Source of the DNA: a virus
Lineage: Duplodnaviria > Caudoviricetes
Strand: one strand, 5' to 3'
IMG/VR virus record: IMGVR_UViG_3300031227_000187
Location: 1 to 36,136 of that record
DNA length: 36,136 nucleotides
Part shown: positions 19,577 through 27,823 of the stretch, piece after piece
How positions within the stretch are numbered: the first letter of the stretch is position 1
How the letters are laid out: each line of letters begins with the position of its first letter
Notes under the pieces: model-generated
What the model was told of the DNA's origin: nothing
Database searches by the model: none
The model's input: the letters and a program-made list of their open reading frames with translations, nothing else
Translations under genes and position numbers: made by a program

Positions 19577-19615
19577 AAAAAAAGCCCGCCTACAATAACT
19601 AACTTGTAAACGGGC
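19577..19615 (-). terminator. Intrinsic terminator in the scaffold/capsid leader
   Basis: GCCCGTTTACAA-GTTAGTTA-TTGTAGGCGGGC followed by T7; the mismatches are G-U on the minus strand. Confidence 0.8.
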
Positions 19616-19647
19616 CTTTCGGCTGAGTTACTTAACTTAGTTTTTAA

Positions 19648-19815
19648 CTACATCTTAACTGTATCGTAGATATTACAACTAGATATCTTTCCAGAAGTAA
19701 AGTTGATCCTTATGTTCCCCTGGAACTTTTCTTCTTTCAGCTTCCTTAACTTACTATAACCCGAATTATTTGGGTTGTCAAGTTTTGACTCTAGTTCTTT
19801 TATCCATTCAATCAT
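19648..19815 (-). CDS. Small basic protein, 55 aa (YezD/DUF2292-like pattern), absent from the ORF track
   Basis: MIEWIKELESKLDNPNNSGYSKLRKLKEEKFQGNIRINFTSGKISSCNIYDTVKM; ATGA overlap with the upstream stop; helix followed by F.G.I.I.F..G.I beta hairpin. Confidence 0.6.
   Translation of the reverse strand: MIEWIKELESKLDNPNNSGYSKLRKLKEEKFQGNIRINFTSGKISSCNIYDTVKM
19753..19781 (-). promoter_or_regulatory. Sigma70-type promoter
   Basis: TTGACA (19781-19776), 17-nt spacer, TATAGT (19758-19753), pointing at the scaffold/capsid genes. Confidence 0.75.
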
Positions 19816-20213
19816 TGCGCTCTTTGGCTGATTTGGGAAACGACCTTTGGATTAGGAACCCATCCAATATCAGGCCTAGTGACAATAGCGCCAAATGAGC
19901 ATAATCTCCTGATCCTGTTTATAGGACTATGAGCTTCAACTACATTCCAATCTACAAGCCGAGCCACGGCATCAGGGTCTATTGTATTGCCCTTAATTAG
20001 TTCTTCACGAAGATGAGGAAGCTGAAGCATTGTAATCAATGCCTTATCCTTCTCGTCCAATAATATATAGATGTACCTGGCATTACTCTCTGATACTACC
20101 CTCTCGTCAGATACTGTGAATAACTCAACTCCAGCTAACGGATGCGGCTCTTTCTTTGGCTTATCTTCCATGGCGATTTTTTTGGCAAGCGTTTCCAGGC
20201 TCTCTGTATTCAT
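19812..20213 (-). CDS. Hypothetical protein (133 aa from MNTESL)
   Basis: AAAGGAG SD before the ATG at 20213; the longer listed start overlaps the upstream gene. Confidence 0.7.
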   Translation of the reverse strand: MNTESLETLAKKIAMEDKPKKEPHPLAGVELFTVSDERVVSESNARYIYILLDEKDKALITMLQLPHLREELIKGNTIDPDAVARLVDWNVVEAHSPINRIRRLCSFGAIVTRPDIGWVPNPKVVSQISQRAQ

Positions 20214-20236
20214 CTCACTCTCCTTTCGGGTTGGTT

Positions 20237-20248
20237 GAACACGTGTTC
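20237..20248. repeat. Palindrome GAACACGTGTTC, copy 3 (intergenic, just upstream of an RBS)
   Basis: Between the TAG at 20251-20253 and the SD of the 20213 gene. Confidence 0.9.
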
Positions 20249-20250
20249 CA

Positions 20251-20436
20251 CTATTTTTCGGTGAACAAAGCATAGGTGTTGCTTGTAATTGCGGTTTGTA
20301 CTACTCTTCCGCTTGGTTGGACAACTTTTTCAGCAATAATGTCTATCTTATTGCCAGTTATTTTGGTGATTGCATTGTCAAACGGTACTCCGTCTATTGT
20401 CACTGCCCCACCTAAATGCTTAACTATCTTTATCAT
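20251..20436 (-). CDS. Small hypothetical protein
   Basis: 61 aa with AAGGA SD, follows the portal gene. Confidence 0.6.
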   Translation of the reverse strand: MIKIVKHLGGAVTIDGVPFDNAITKITGNKIDIIAEKVVQPSGRVVQTAITSNTYALFTEK

Positions 20437-20445
20437 TTTAATTCC

Positions 20446-22491
20446 TTATCCAGTCAGTGTCTGAGCTTGAGGATTAACCCCTTCTGGTAAGCCTATCTGT
20501 CCACCAGCTCCCGGCATGGGAGGTGGCTTTTGCTGTTCTATTGACCCAGGCATAATGCCTTGCATCATTGATGTTATAAACTGGATATGTTCCTGCCAAT
20601 GGCGAACGAGCATCTGCTGGAACTCTTGTGGCTCATCTTTAAACCCAGGCATATTGAGTTCTTTTAAGCATTCTTGGCTATGAGTATAATGATCGTGAAA
20701 TGACTGTACCTTACTATACTCCCCATCCTTCATCCCCAATATTTCCATTTGCTGAAGATTTGCTCCTATCTCTACTGAACCATATACCGCATTTATCCCA
20801 CCAATATCCATGTAGCGTAAAACTTTCTTTGTAGTAGCTGGGTCGTTAGGATCTCCAAGCAAACCCATCTGGAACAATTCAATGATAAACGATTGCTGAG
20901 AAACTTTAGACTTCGGCATGGCAGACCCACGCACAACATTGATATCTATACCGGCTGCAAGGTCAACCCCAGATAATGAGAATAACTCCATCTTCCGGCC
21001 TTCCCCCATTATACGAGCTGTTCTTTCAGTAGTGTAATATTCTCGCATAAGATCAAGTTTGAATAGTGCAGCTTCTCTTTCTCTTTCCTCCCATACTATC
21101 ATTGAGACTACAAGATATTGGCTATCAGCTTCCTGTAGTGACCTAATGGCTTTTCCAGACTCTACTCTACCTGGGACCATGCCCTTGCTTACTTCGTGCC
21201 TTGATGCTAAATCCTTGAAGTTTTCTATTGTCTGGTTAAGGAACTCAAATAGACCAGGGGGAATGCCAGCTATTGGAATATTTATTGCCCCAGTGCCACC
21301 AATATTGTTGTATTCAAATATAGAGCCATCCTGAGATGAGGCAAACTTATTCTTAGAGAACTGCGAGTTCTTTGGGACTGCTATACGGAACCGAACACTC
21401 TTTTCCAGCCAATTCGTCAGTTTACTGAATATACGATTAACTATTACCTGTGGTTCTATGAGTGGTTTAACATATGACTCTCCATAAAAATCGGTAGGGT
21501 CAATCTCCCAGTGGTATGCTAACAGCCCTAGCTTGCCCTTGGGGTGGCTTAATATGCCATCATGCAGTAGTACTCCATTTGCCCACTGTATATGTCTACC
21601 ACGAGGGTGTTTCTTTGACGGTGCTTCAAAATACTCTTTGAAGACTGCTTGGTTTTCAGGCTTGTTTACCGAGAAAAGGTCATTATCACTATTGAGTAGT
21701 TCACCAAGGATCTGATAATTAGAAACATTCTCATTGGTTACAAATTTTCCACGTTTCCATGAGTTCTTAATATAATCCATAGAAACTAAGCGATACCGGA
21801 TAAAGTCTCTAATATCAGAGTCTTGTTTTACCAGTGGATAATCAAGGAGTATTTCAAATGGGGTACACACTACCTCTCCCACTTCTCCTCTTTTTAATCG
21901 CTCTGCCAACTGATCTTCAGTTTCATTGATAAGAGGGATCTTCTCTGGGGGCTTGCCCATCTGCTCCAGCTCTTCTAGGCTGCCAGGGGGGCTAGGGTTG
22001 AGGTCTTCCATGTTTGGTACACTATCCCAATAGATTAACTTGAATGCTGTCCCAAAATCAACAATACTCTTACGAAGCTGAACGTCATTTATTGCTTTCT
22101 GATTGACTATATCTATACGGTCTAAATGGACCTGTGCAGACCTAGCAGCTCGTTCATCCTTAGCCGAATATGATGCTGGCATGACATCCATCGTGGGGTT
22201 AGACTGGGAAAGCATACTGATGGTACTACGTACAAATGGGCCGATGAGGTTGAATACTATACGGGCTTGAGTTGATTTGCTGGGACGAAGATCTACTATC
22301 TTGCCTCGCAACCTATCCCACGTACTCCATTGACGGCCACGTTCAAAAGCAAGATTTAGTTGCCACCTCCGGTAATGTTCTCGCATAGCATTTATACGAG
22401 TGTCGAAGATTTCTTCTAATGCACCAACAAGTTCTTTATCTTTATTCGGTTGGTTAAGTGATTCTGGAGTAATAGGTTTAACTTCAAGCAT
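20446..22491 (-). CDS. Portal protein (P22-like)
   Basis: 681 aa after terL; F..G.QW, FNLI.P.V, FYGES.V..LIEPQ..VN and SGKAI..LQE.D motifs; Pro/Gln-rich tail. Confidence 0.9.
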   Translation of the reverse strand: MLEVKPITPESLNQPNKDKELVGALEEIFDTRINAMREHYRRWQLNLAFERGRQWSTWDRLRGKIVDLRPSKSTQARIVFNLIGPFVRSTISMLSQSNPTMDVMPASYSAKDERAARSAQVHLDRIDIVNQKAINDVQLRKSIVDFGTAFKLIYWDSVPNMEDLNPSPPGSLEELEQMGKPPEKIPLINETEDQLAERLKRGEVGEVVCTPFEILLDYPLVKQDSDIRDFIRYRLVSMDYIKNSWKRGKFVTNENVSNYQILGELLNSDNDLFSVNKPENQAVFKEYFEAPSKKHPRGRHIQWANGVLLHDGILSHPKGKLGLLAYHWEIDPTDFYGESYVKPLIEPQVIVNRIFSKLTNWLEKSVRFRIAVPKNSQFSKNKFASSQDGSIFEYNNIGGTGAINIPIAGIPPGLFEFLNQTIENFKDLASRHEVSKGMVPGRVESGKAIRSLQEADSQYLVVSMIVWEEREREAALFKLDLMREYYTTERTARIMGEGRKMELFSLSGVDLAAGIDINVVRGSAMPKSKVSQQSFIIELFQMGLLGDPNDPATTKKVLRYMDIGGINAVYGSVEIGANLQQMEILGMKDGEYSKVQSFHDHYTHSQECLKELNMPGFKDEPQEFQQMLVRHWQEHIQFITSMMQGIMPGSIEQQKPPPMPGAGGQIGLPEGVNPQAQTLTG

Positions 22492-22772
22492 TATACTAAT
22501 TTCTCCTCGCCTATGACTTTTCCAACGGCAGAGTCATCGAACTCTTCTTCCATCTCGAATAGTGGTGTTGGAGCTGGTTCTTGGGAATACATTTTATACT
22601 GGTCAAAACTTTTTGCCATGAGCCTATCTTGTAGTTGTTCTATCCTGGCATGTGAGTGTAGCAGTGCTTCTCTTTGTGTCTTAATCCAGCTACGTTGTGA
22701 AAAAACCAGGACAAATACCATCGCTAAAAACAGTCCGCCAAAAACTACACCAATATACATATCGGTATTCAT
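22491..22772 (-). CDS. Small membrane-anchored protein between terL and portal
   Basis: Hydrophobic helix YIGVVFGGLFLAMVFVLVF then a short coiled coil; ATG at 22772 with GGGAG upstream is preferred over the listed TTG. Confidence 0.6.
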   Translation of the reverse strand: MNTDMYIGVVFGGLFLAMVFVLVFSQRSWIKTQREALLHSHARIEQLQDRLMAKSFDQYKMYSQEPAPTPLFEMEEEFDDSAVGKVIGEEKLV

Positions 22773-22823
22773 ACTATATAAACTCCCATATATAGCTATG
22801 TTTGTCAAGGGGTTAGAACACAA

Positions 22824-24356
22824 TTAATCAGTCTCAAGAAAGTAGGAGTCCATAGCTTCTCCACTTACCCCTGATTCTACCTCTTCAAACTCTTTATCAA
22901 TTGCTTCTTCAAGAGGATCATTAAATATTTTTTTCTCGACAACCTCTGAACCACGATAACTGACTGGGCTTGCCAACCCAAACCTAAGTGCTGTACGTGC
23001 ATCATCTACGGTCTGAGCCAATGTCCCTGGTTTCTTCTCACTATAATGTCCTGCTTTTATCTGCTCTATTAGTCTCCACAGATGCTTGTGGACATACATA
23101 TGTGGTGCGCCCATCAGAGGTTTCCCGTCTGCCCCCTTCAAGAATCGGTGAGTGTGTTTCTTATTGATATTCATCCACACACGCACCTTATCTATCCCGG
23201 CATATACTGGTCTGAATGCTGGGGTAAGGTACAGTCCATTATCCCTATACACATCCAATAAGCTAATGTTCTCTTCTTTATTAGATGACTGCTGTGTACG
23301 ATGTTTAACCTGGGGATCAGCTAATGTAAGTCTAAAGTCGAGGTTCTGCCAGACCTTCAAGATATTAATTGCATGCTGACTGATGGTCTGTTTTTCCCCC
23401 CAATAAAGGTCAAAGATTACACATTCTAGTTCTCCATTATGTGGACTTGGTGACATATACGCAAAAAGACAACATCCAGCATCAGCCATACCTCCATGGT
23501 CGTAGAAACGATAGAACTCTGCGTCATCTGGGAATGGAGTGTTTGACTCTATCATATGAAGATTATCATTCCATAGATCAGCGTACAAGAATCCAGATGA
23601 ACCTCCCCAGACACCGTAACGGTATCTGGACACCATATCAGGACTCATATCATCCAATGACTGAAAATAGTCTGGAGGGAGGTTCTCCTTATTTACATCA
23701 CTAGCTCCCTCTACTAAATAGAACCGAGGGTTATACTGTGGGTGGGATATAAGCCTTCGGTTCTCGTTAAGTTTCCACTTCTTGAATATCCAGTGATCGG
23801 TACTAGTCATATTCGCAGTGGCTATCGTACTCCTCAACCAACCCTTAGCAAATCCAGATATAAGGTCACGAAACTGTGGCTCTTTCTCTATATCTACTGG
23901 CTCACACTGTCTACGTAGCCTTGTCAAGAGGACATCAAATACTTCAGCCTTAACCTCTTCTATCTGATCTATGAATATCCCACCAAGCTCTAATCCCTGT
24001 CTTGGCTGGAAGCCGTCCAAATATCGAAACATTAATGTTGATTTGTTTCCGAATACAAAGTTCTGCTGTGCTACCTTATATTCATATGACCAGCCCAGCT
24101 CTGACAAGAATTGCTTGAAAGTCTCCATTGTCGTATCCCTGAGTGCAGGGAAGTTCTGTCGTCCAACCAATATCAAGTTATTGGAAAACATGCGACTCAT
24201 TAAGAGAACCTTATATACGGCTGCAACAGTTTTCCCTGCCCCAGTTCCTCCAGCAGCAAGAGTATGCTTGCTATTACTATATATTATCCTCCTCTGCATC
24301 TCATTAGGGATAAAGCTCTTTGTGTTCTTCTCTTTATCTATTTTGAGGATAGTCAT
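22824..24356 (-). CDS. terL: Terminase large subunit
   Basis: Walker A AGGTGAGKT, Walker B GIFIDQIEE, TAN coupling motif, NKENLPPDY..RY.YG.W linker, RNase H-like YDHG and LADP, C-terminal DDARTALRF. Confidence 0.93.
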   Translation of the reverse strand: MTILKIDKEKNTKSFIPNEMQRRIIYSNSKHTLAAGGTGAGKTVAAVYKVLLMSRMFSNNLILVGRQNFPALRDTTMETFKQFLSELGWSYEYKVAQQNFVFGNKSTLMFRYLDGFQPRQGLELGGIFIDQIEEVKAEVFDVLLTRLRRQCEPVDIEKEPQFRDLISGFAKGWLRSTIATANMTSTDHWIFKKWKLNENRRLISHPQYNPRFYLVEGASDVNKENLPPDYFQSLDDMSPDMVSRYRYGVWGGSSGFLYADLWNDNLHMIESNTPFPDDAEFYRFYDHGGMADAGCCLFAYMSPSPHNGELECVIFDLYWGEKQTISQHAINILKVWQNLDFRLTLADPQVKHRTQQSSNKEENISLLDVYRDNGLYLTPAFRPVYAGIDKVRVWMNINKKHTHRFLKGADGKPLMGAPHMYVHKHLWRLIEQIKAGHYSEKKPGTLAQTVDDARTALRFGLASPVSYRGSEVVEKKIFNDPLEEAIDKEFEEVESGVSGEAMDSYFLETD

Positions 24357-24652
24357 TCTTTCACCACGATTATTTCCGGTAAATCATTAGCTTGTAGACA
24401 ATACTCAATAAAACCAGTTAATACTTCAATATAGCACCATACGAACACAGCTCTCTGCGAAGGAGTAAGTTTCTCCGTGTGATACCCTTCGTCAAACCCC
24501 TCCCTGATCTGGTTTATCGTGTCTCTCAACCCACCGGCTACAATGATTGAGTTGACGTATGGAGTATACCCTTTCTTTATCAGTCCATCAAGTAGCAGAT
24601 CGACATCGAGGAGAGCATCTTGGCTATGTTCTTTTATTTGTTTTCGGTTCAT
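24353..24652 (-). CDS. Hypothetical protein
   Basis: 99 aa, GGAGGT SD, ATGA overlaps at both ends. Confidence 0.7.
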   Translation of the reverse strand: MNRKQIKEHSQDALLDVDLLLDGLIKKGYTPYVNSIIVAGGLRDTINQIREGFDEGYHTEKLTPSQRAVFVWCYIEVLTGFIEYCLQANDLPEIIVVKE

Positions 24653-24783
24653 TCGACCTCCAGCTTTTCCTCTGACAGTTCAATGTTGGCCTCGGCGATG
24701 GTTGATAGAGCAGATAAGGCTTCTCGCAGGCGTTTAACCTCCTTGAGTGTTCTTTGTAATTTCTCTGATTCTTTGTCAGTCAT
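24649..24783 (-). CDS. Small coiled-coil protein, 44 aa, absent from the ORF track
   Basis: MTDKESEKLQRTLKEVKRLREALSALSTIAEANIELSEEKLEVE; fills the gap exactly with overlaps at both ends; AAGGAG SD. Confidence 0.65.
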   Translation of the reverse strand: MTDKESEKLQRTLKEVKRLREALSALSTIAEANIELSEEKLEVE

Positions 24784-25256
24784 CACTTCGACTCCTTCAA
24801 TCGTTTGCTAAAGTATACTTCGGTATAAACTCTCCGTGCGATGCCCCAACTGTCCCTGGCATGAGAACTGCACCTCTTATTGTATCCTGTAATCTTCTTG
24901 AAAATTAACGGGTTTATCTTCGTGTTCTTTGGTTCCATCTGCAGTACTTCAAACCCTAACCCCATTGCTATGCCTACCAGCCTCAATGCCTCTGCCTTAT
25001 TAGCTCCAACATTACTCGCTATACGTAACATAGCAGCTTCACTCGTATCCTTTCTCTTATATATATGAGTACTAGTGCTTACTTCTATCCCAACTACACT
25101 CACTTTCCCCTCTTCCTTGATCTCCTTTAATACATCATACATACGGTCCTTGCTGGTAGTAGTGATTTTAAGTATCTTATCTCCGTTATATATACAGTAG
25201 CCGGTACGGTAGCCTGGATCTATGCCCATAACAACTAACTCATTCATATAATCCAT
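24783..25256 (-). CDS. RuvC-like Holliday junction resolvase / RNase H-fold nuclease
   Basis: VMGIDPG.RTGYC, VGIE and H.RD motifs in 157 aa. Confidence 0.8.
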   Translation of the reverse strand: MDYMNELVVMGIDPGYRTGYCIYNGDKILKITTTSKDRMYDVLKEIKEEGKVSVVGIEVSTSTHIYKRKDTSEAAMLRIASNVGANKAEALRLVGIAMGLGFEVLQMEPKNTKINPLIFKKITGYNKRCSSHARDSWGIARRVYTEVYFSKRLKESK

Positions 25257-25485
25257 CCTCGAAGTCTTCTCTGTCTAGGCCCACTATCTCTGATCCGTCT
25301 CTCTGCCATAAAGCAAGACAGCTTGAACATCCAGCTATCCCCTGGTCACTAAGTGCTGGCAACAAGCTGCCACAATCAGGACACGCAAACCCTTGCTCCA
25401 CTATATCCACTTCACCACTACCATCGGGGTTGGGGTCTCCTTCTGCATCAATGACATAATCATTCCACTTTTTCTTCTCACTCAT
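25240..25485 (-). CDS. Small zinc-ribbon protein (81 aa from MSEKKKW)
   Basis: AAGGAGG SD before the ATG at 25485; CPDC and CSSC pairs. Confidence 0.65.
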   Translation of the reverse strand: MSEKKKWNDYVIDAEGDPNPDGSGEVDIVEQGFACPDCGSLLPALSDQGIAGCSSCLALWQRDGSEIVGLDREDFEDGLYE

Positions 25486-25659
25486 CTTTTGCCTCCTTAT
25501 ATTGCTAATTGTTGTTGAATAATACTTATCTAACTTTGAGTTGCTGATTCCGCTATCTCTGCTTATCCCATACGGAGGGTCAGCCATCACCATATCGACT
25601 GACCCTGTTACGATACTATCCATCTCAACCAGACAGTCCCCGTGGATTAACTCCATCAC
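25486..25659 (-). pseudogene. N-terminal remnant of an N6A/N4C DNA methyltransferase
   Basis: LIHGDCL..M..I..GSVDMVMADPPYG (motif IV); no SAM-binding motif I (FxGxG) follows; runs in frame into the next gene. Confidence 0.75.
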
Positions 25660-25847
25660 TCATCCTCCTTTTCGTGATCGTCTACCGTTACGCCTTTCGG
25701 GGTTATGGTGGCTACTGTTTTCAAAACATAATAAATCTTGCCTGTACGTTGACATGCTAATATCGCATTGTTGATAGCCCGGTTCTTGGTTTGCTCTTTA
25801 TCGTAAGAACTGTAATATTCACTTTCTATCCTGATATACTCCATCAC
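25656..25847 (-). CDS. Small hypothetical protein
   Basis: 63 aa, GGAGG SD, overlapping stop/start with neighbours. Confidence 0.6.
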   Translation of the reverse strand: MMEYIRIESEYYSSYDKEQTKNRAINNAILACQRTGKIYYVLKTVATITPKGVTVDDHEKEDE

Positions 25848-25939
25848 CTTATCCCTCCATTACGTGACATTCTCGCTATTGTGCGCTTAACATCTATTTT
25901 GTTTGTTTCCCAGTACTTGGGAATATAGTTACCAAGCAT
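25844..25939 (-). CDS. Possible 31-aa peptide
   Basis: MLGNYIPKYWETNKIDVKRTIARMSRNGGIR; GGAG SD; its TGA overlaps the GTG start at 25847. Confidence 0.35.
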   Translation of the reverse strand: MLGNYIPKYWETNKIDVKRTIARMSRNGGIR

Positions 25940-25980
25940 CTTGCTCCACAGTCTATAAGCCTACTTTGCGCCCGGCATTA

Positions 25981-26047
25981 CCCGATTCAACGGGGGGGTC
26001 CAGTAGTGTCCTACCAACATAGGCGTTACCTATTCCGCCACCGCCCT
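25981..26047 (-). ncRNA. Degenerate tRNA-like element (Leu/Ser-type 5' end)
   Basis: AGGGCGG-TG-GCG-GAATAGGTAA-CGC resembles an acceptor 5' strand plus D arm; CCCG-TTGAAT-CGGG resembles a T arm; no matching 3' acceptor strand. Confidence 0.35.
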
Positions 26048-26325
26048 ATTAAACTTACTCTCCTACTGTATATCCCACTTATTTAGCTCTTTTACGTCCT
26101 CTGGTTTACCTATTACTAGATCCGTGTAATTATTTTCCCTCCCTCCATACTACCGCAAAATCTACTACTTTTTGCATTTCTAAGCACAAATACTTGTTTT
26201 GTTAAAAAAAACATTTACTTTACCCAAATGAGTGTACGTGTAAAAGTTCTACCCAAAATAATATTTCAGATTACTATATAAGATGCCAAATGCTGGATAG
26301 TACCCTATAGAAAGGCGTACCATGG

Positions 26326-26490
26326 GTATAGGGGCTGGCATATGGCGTATAGCGGTGAAAGGCGAGAGTAGGGGTAGTGAGAGTTGTAGGAGCTGGCGTA
26401 TGGCTTATAAATGGCAGAGTTTTAGGGGTGAGAGTAGAGGTGAGAGTTATAGGGGAAGTTTGTGTGCTTTAATTATATATAGGGGGGAGT
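26326..26490. repeat. Strand-skewed non-coding repeat tract downstream of terS
   Basis: Five TAGGGG, three GTGAGAGT, and an 18-bp pair GCTGGCRTATGGCKTATA (26334-26351, 26392-26409); very few C on the plus strand. Confidence 0.6.
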
Positions 26491-26655
26491 GCCCTGGCAA
26501 AAGGGTGCTTGTACCCCCTGCCTATACTCGTGCTTGGATCTGACACTGGTTGTGATAATGTTTAGTCTGTCTAGTACAGTATATGTATGTATCTTGCTGT
26601 ATTGCATATGTTTATATCATATTTACCATGCTGGTTACCATGATGCCTGACACTA

Positions 26656-27372
26656 TCACACCGGATCTGTAGCATACCCACCCTCAATGATGACCTGGGC
26701 CGGTGCTGGGATCTGCCCTGGTAGTTGCCCTGGTAGTTGCCCTGGTAGCTGTCCAGGTAGCTGTCCAGGCTGCGATAGTGTGTTGGCTCCGCATACCGGA
26801 CAGAGTACCGGGCCTGATACGCTGAAGTTGACTTGCATATGTTCGTTAATGTCTACAACAGAGCGTGTTGTGTAGTATCCCTTGAGTTCTGATAGTAGCT
26901 TTAATGATCTGACCTTGCTGTTCTCATTCTTCCCGGACTCTACCAGCTTTATCAGGCGATCAAGTATATAGTCAAGATTTACTTGTTTAACATCCCAGTA
27001 TGTTTTAAGTGCCTGGCCCGCTTTAGACTTGTGGAGGATATAATCCTCCGAAGTAAATATAGTAAATCCCGCCTTTCTTAATGCGTCGGTATGCTTCCAC
27101 CCCTTCAATCTCAACCATCCGTATATCTTCCGTCGGACTGATACGAACCTCCTCCGCCCGCCTTTCTCCTGGTATGCTATAGAAGTAAGTAAATAATCCT
27201 GGAATAGCTTCTTTTCACTGGCTGGTAGTTCAGGAAAATCTTTAATTGTTGGCGTCCTGGTGGCCCGCTTCCGTGCTGGTGGTGTTTTCTTTTTGCCCTT
27301 CGTAATACCCTTATTTGATAGTTTGGAGGGCGTGGCGGGCTTCTGAGGCTCTTTAATCGTGGTATCTGGCAT
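26656..27372 (-). CDS. Probable terminase small subunit
   Basis: 238 aa; DALRKAGFT HTH-like segment, KVRSLKLLSELKGYY oligomerisation-type motif, first gene of the leftward unit upstream of terL. Confidence 0.65.
   Translation of the reverse strand: MPDTTIKEPQKPATPSKLSNKGITKGKKKTPPARKRATRTPTIKDFPELPASEKKLFQDYLLTSIAYQEKGGRRRFVSVRRKIYGWLRLKGWKHTDALRKAGFTIFTSEDYILHKSKAGQALKTYWDVKQVNLDYILDRLIKLVESGKNENSKVRSLKLLSELKGYYTTRSVVDINEHMQVNFSVSGPVLCPVCGANTLSQPGQLPGQLPGQLPGQLPGQIPAPAQVIIEGGYATDPV
26713..26769 (-). repeat. 12-bp coding tandem repeat (PGQL, about 4.75 units)
   Basis: Plus-strand units CTGCCCTGGTAG, TTGCCCTGGTAG x2, CTGTCCAGGTAG, CTGTCCAGG. Confidence 0.9.
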
Positions 27373-27406
27373 GGTATATTATCCTTTCGGGTTGATAGTT
27401 ATTATT

Positions 27407-27435
27407 AATCTACCCTATCCCCCCTATAAAGTCAA
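27407..27435 (-). promoter_or_regulatory. Sigma70-type promoter for terS
   Basis: TTGACT, 17-nt spacer, TAGATT, ending 34 nt upstream of the ATG at 27372. Confidence 0.6.
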
Positions 27436-27489
27436 TACCCTATACCCTGCCTGACCGTATAACCTATTGACTGATAGATATTTAATACT

Positions 27490-27524
27490 AAATTGACGGT
27501 AATATTGGTTATTCTACTTATATA
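27490..27524 (+). promoter_or_regulatory. Putative early promoter 1
   Basis: AAATTGAC-N18-ACTTATATA upstream of the first plus-strand gene; same layout at 28708-28742. Confidence 0.55.
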
Positions 27525-27559
27525 GGTGACAGGATAAACAATTAAACCAGGGAGGGAAT

Positions 27560-27784
27560 ATGAATTGGATTAAAGAATTAAAGATGGATAAAGCAGTTGC
27601 GGATCTTACCATTGACCGCTATAAATCAGGATTGCAGGATATAGCTGGTTATTTGTGCTCCGCTAAATATCATGGTGACACCAAAGTAGAACGAAAGGAT
27701 ATATTATTAAGACTAGCAGAAGTTAATTCTCATGCTGGTAATGTTCAATATTCTGATGTAATAATGATAGGTTGCATATCATAA
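27560..27784 (+). CDS. Early hypothetical protein
   Basis: 74 aa with GGAGG SD. Confidence 0.7.
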   Translation: MNWIKELKMDKAVADLTIDRYKSGLQDIAGYLCSAKYHGDTKVERKDILLRLAEVNSHAGNVQYSDVIMIGCIS

Positions 27785-27823
27785 CCAGGGGAGCAATCCC
27801 CACAACAAAGGAGCAATAGTATA

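Noticed and set aside
22775-22808. TTGACA upstream of the membrane protein/portal genes
   Set aside because: The hexamer at 17-nt spacing is GAGTTT, too weak to call; an activator-dependent promoter cannot be excluded.
510-25774. Many plus-strand ORFs opposite the morphogenesis genes
   Set aside because: Antisense shadows of long minus-strand genes, with no SD and no recognisable motifs.
26326-26490. G-quadruplex from the GGGG runs
   Set aside because: Runs are about 25-50 nt apart, too far for a canonical quadruplex.
26322-26543. 73-aa plus-strand ORF with GES repeats
   Set aside because: No convincing SD; it is the translation of the G-rich DNA repeat tract.
26687-26875. Plus-strand CPGS-repeat ORF resembling a metallothionein
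   Set aside because: It is the antisense reading of the PGQL repeat in terS.
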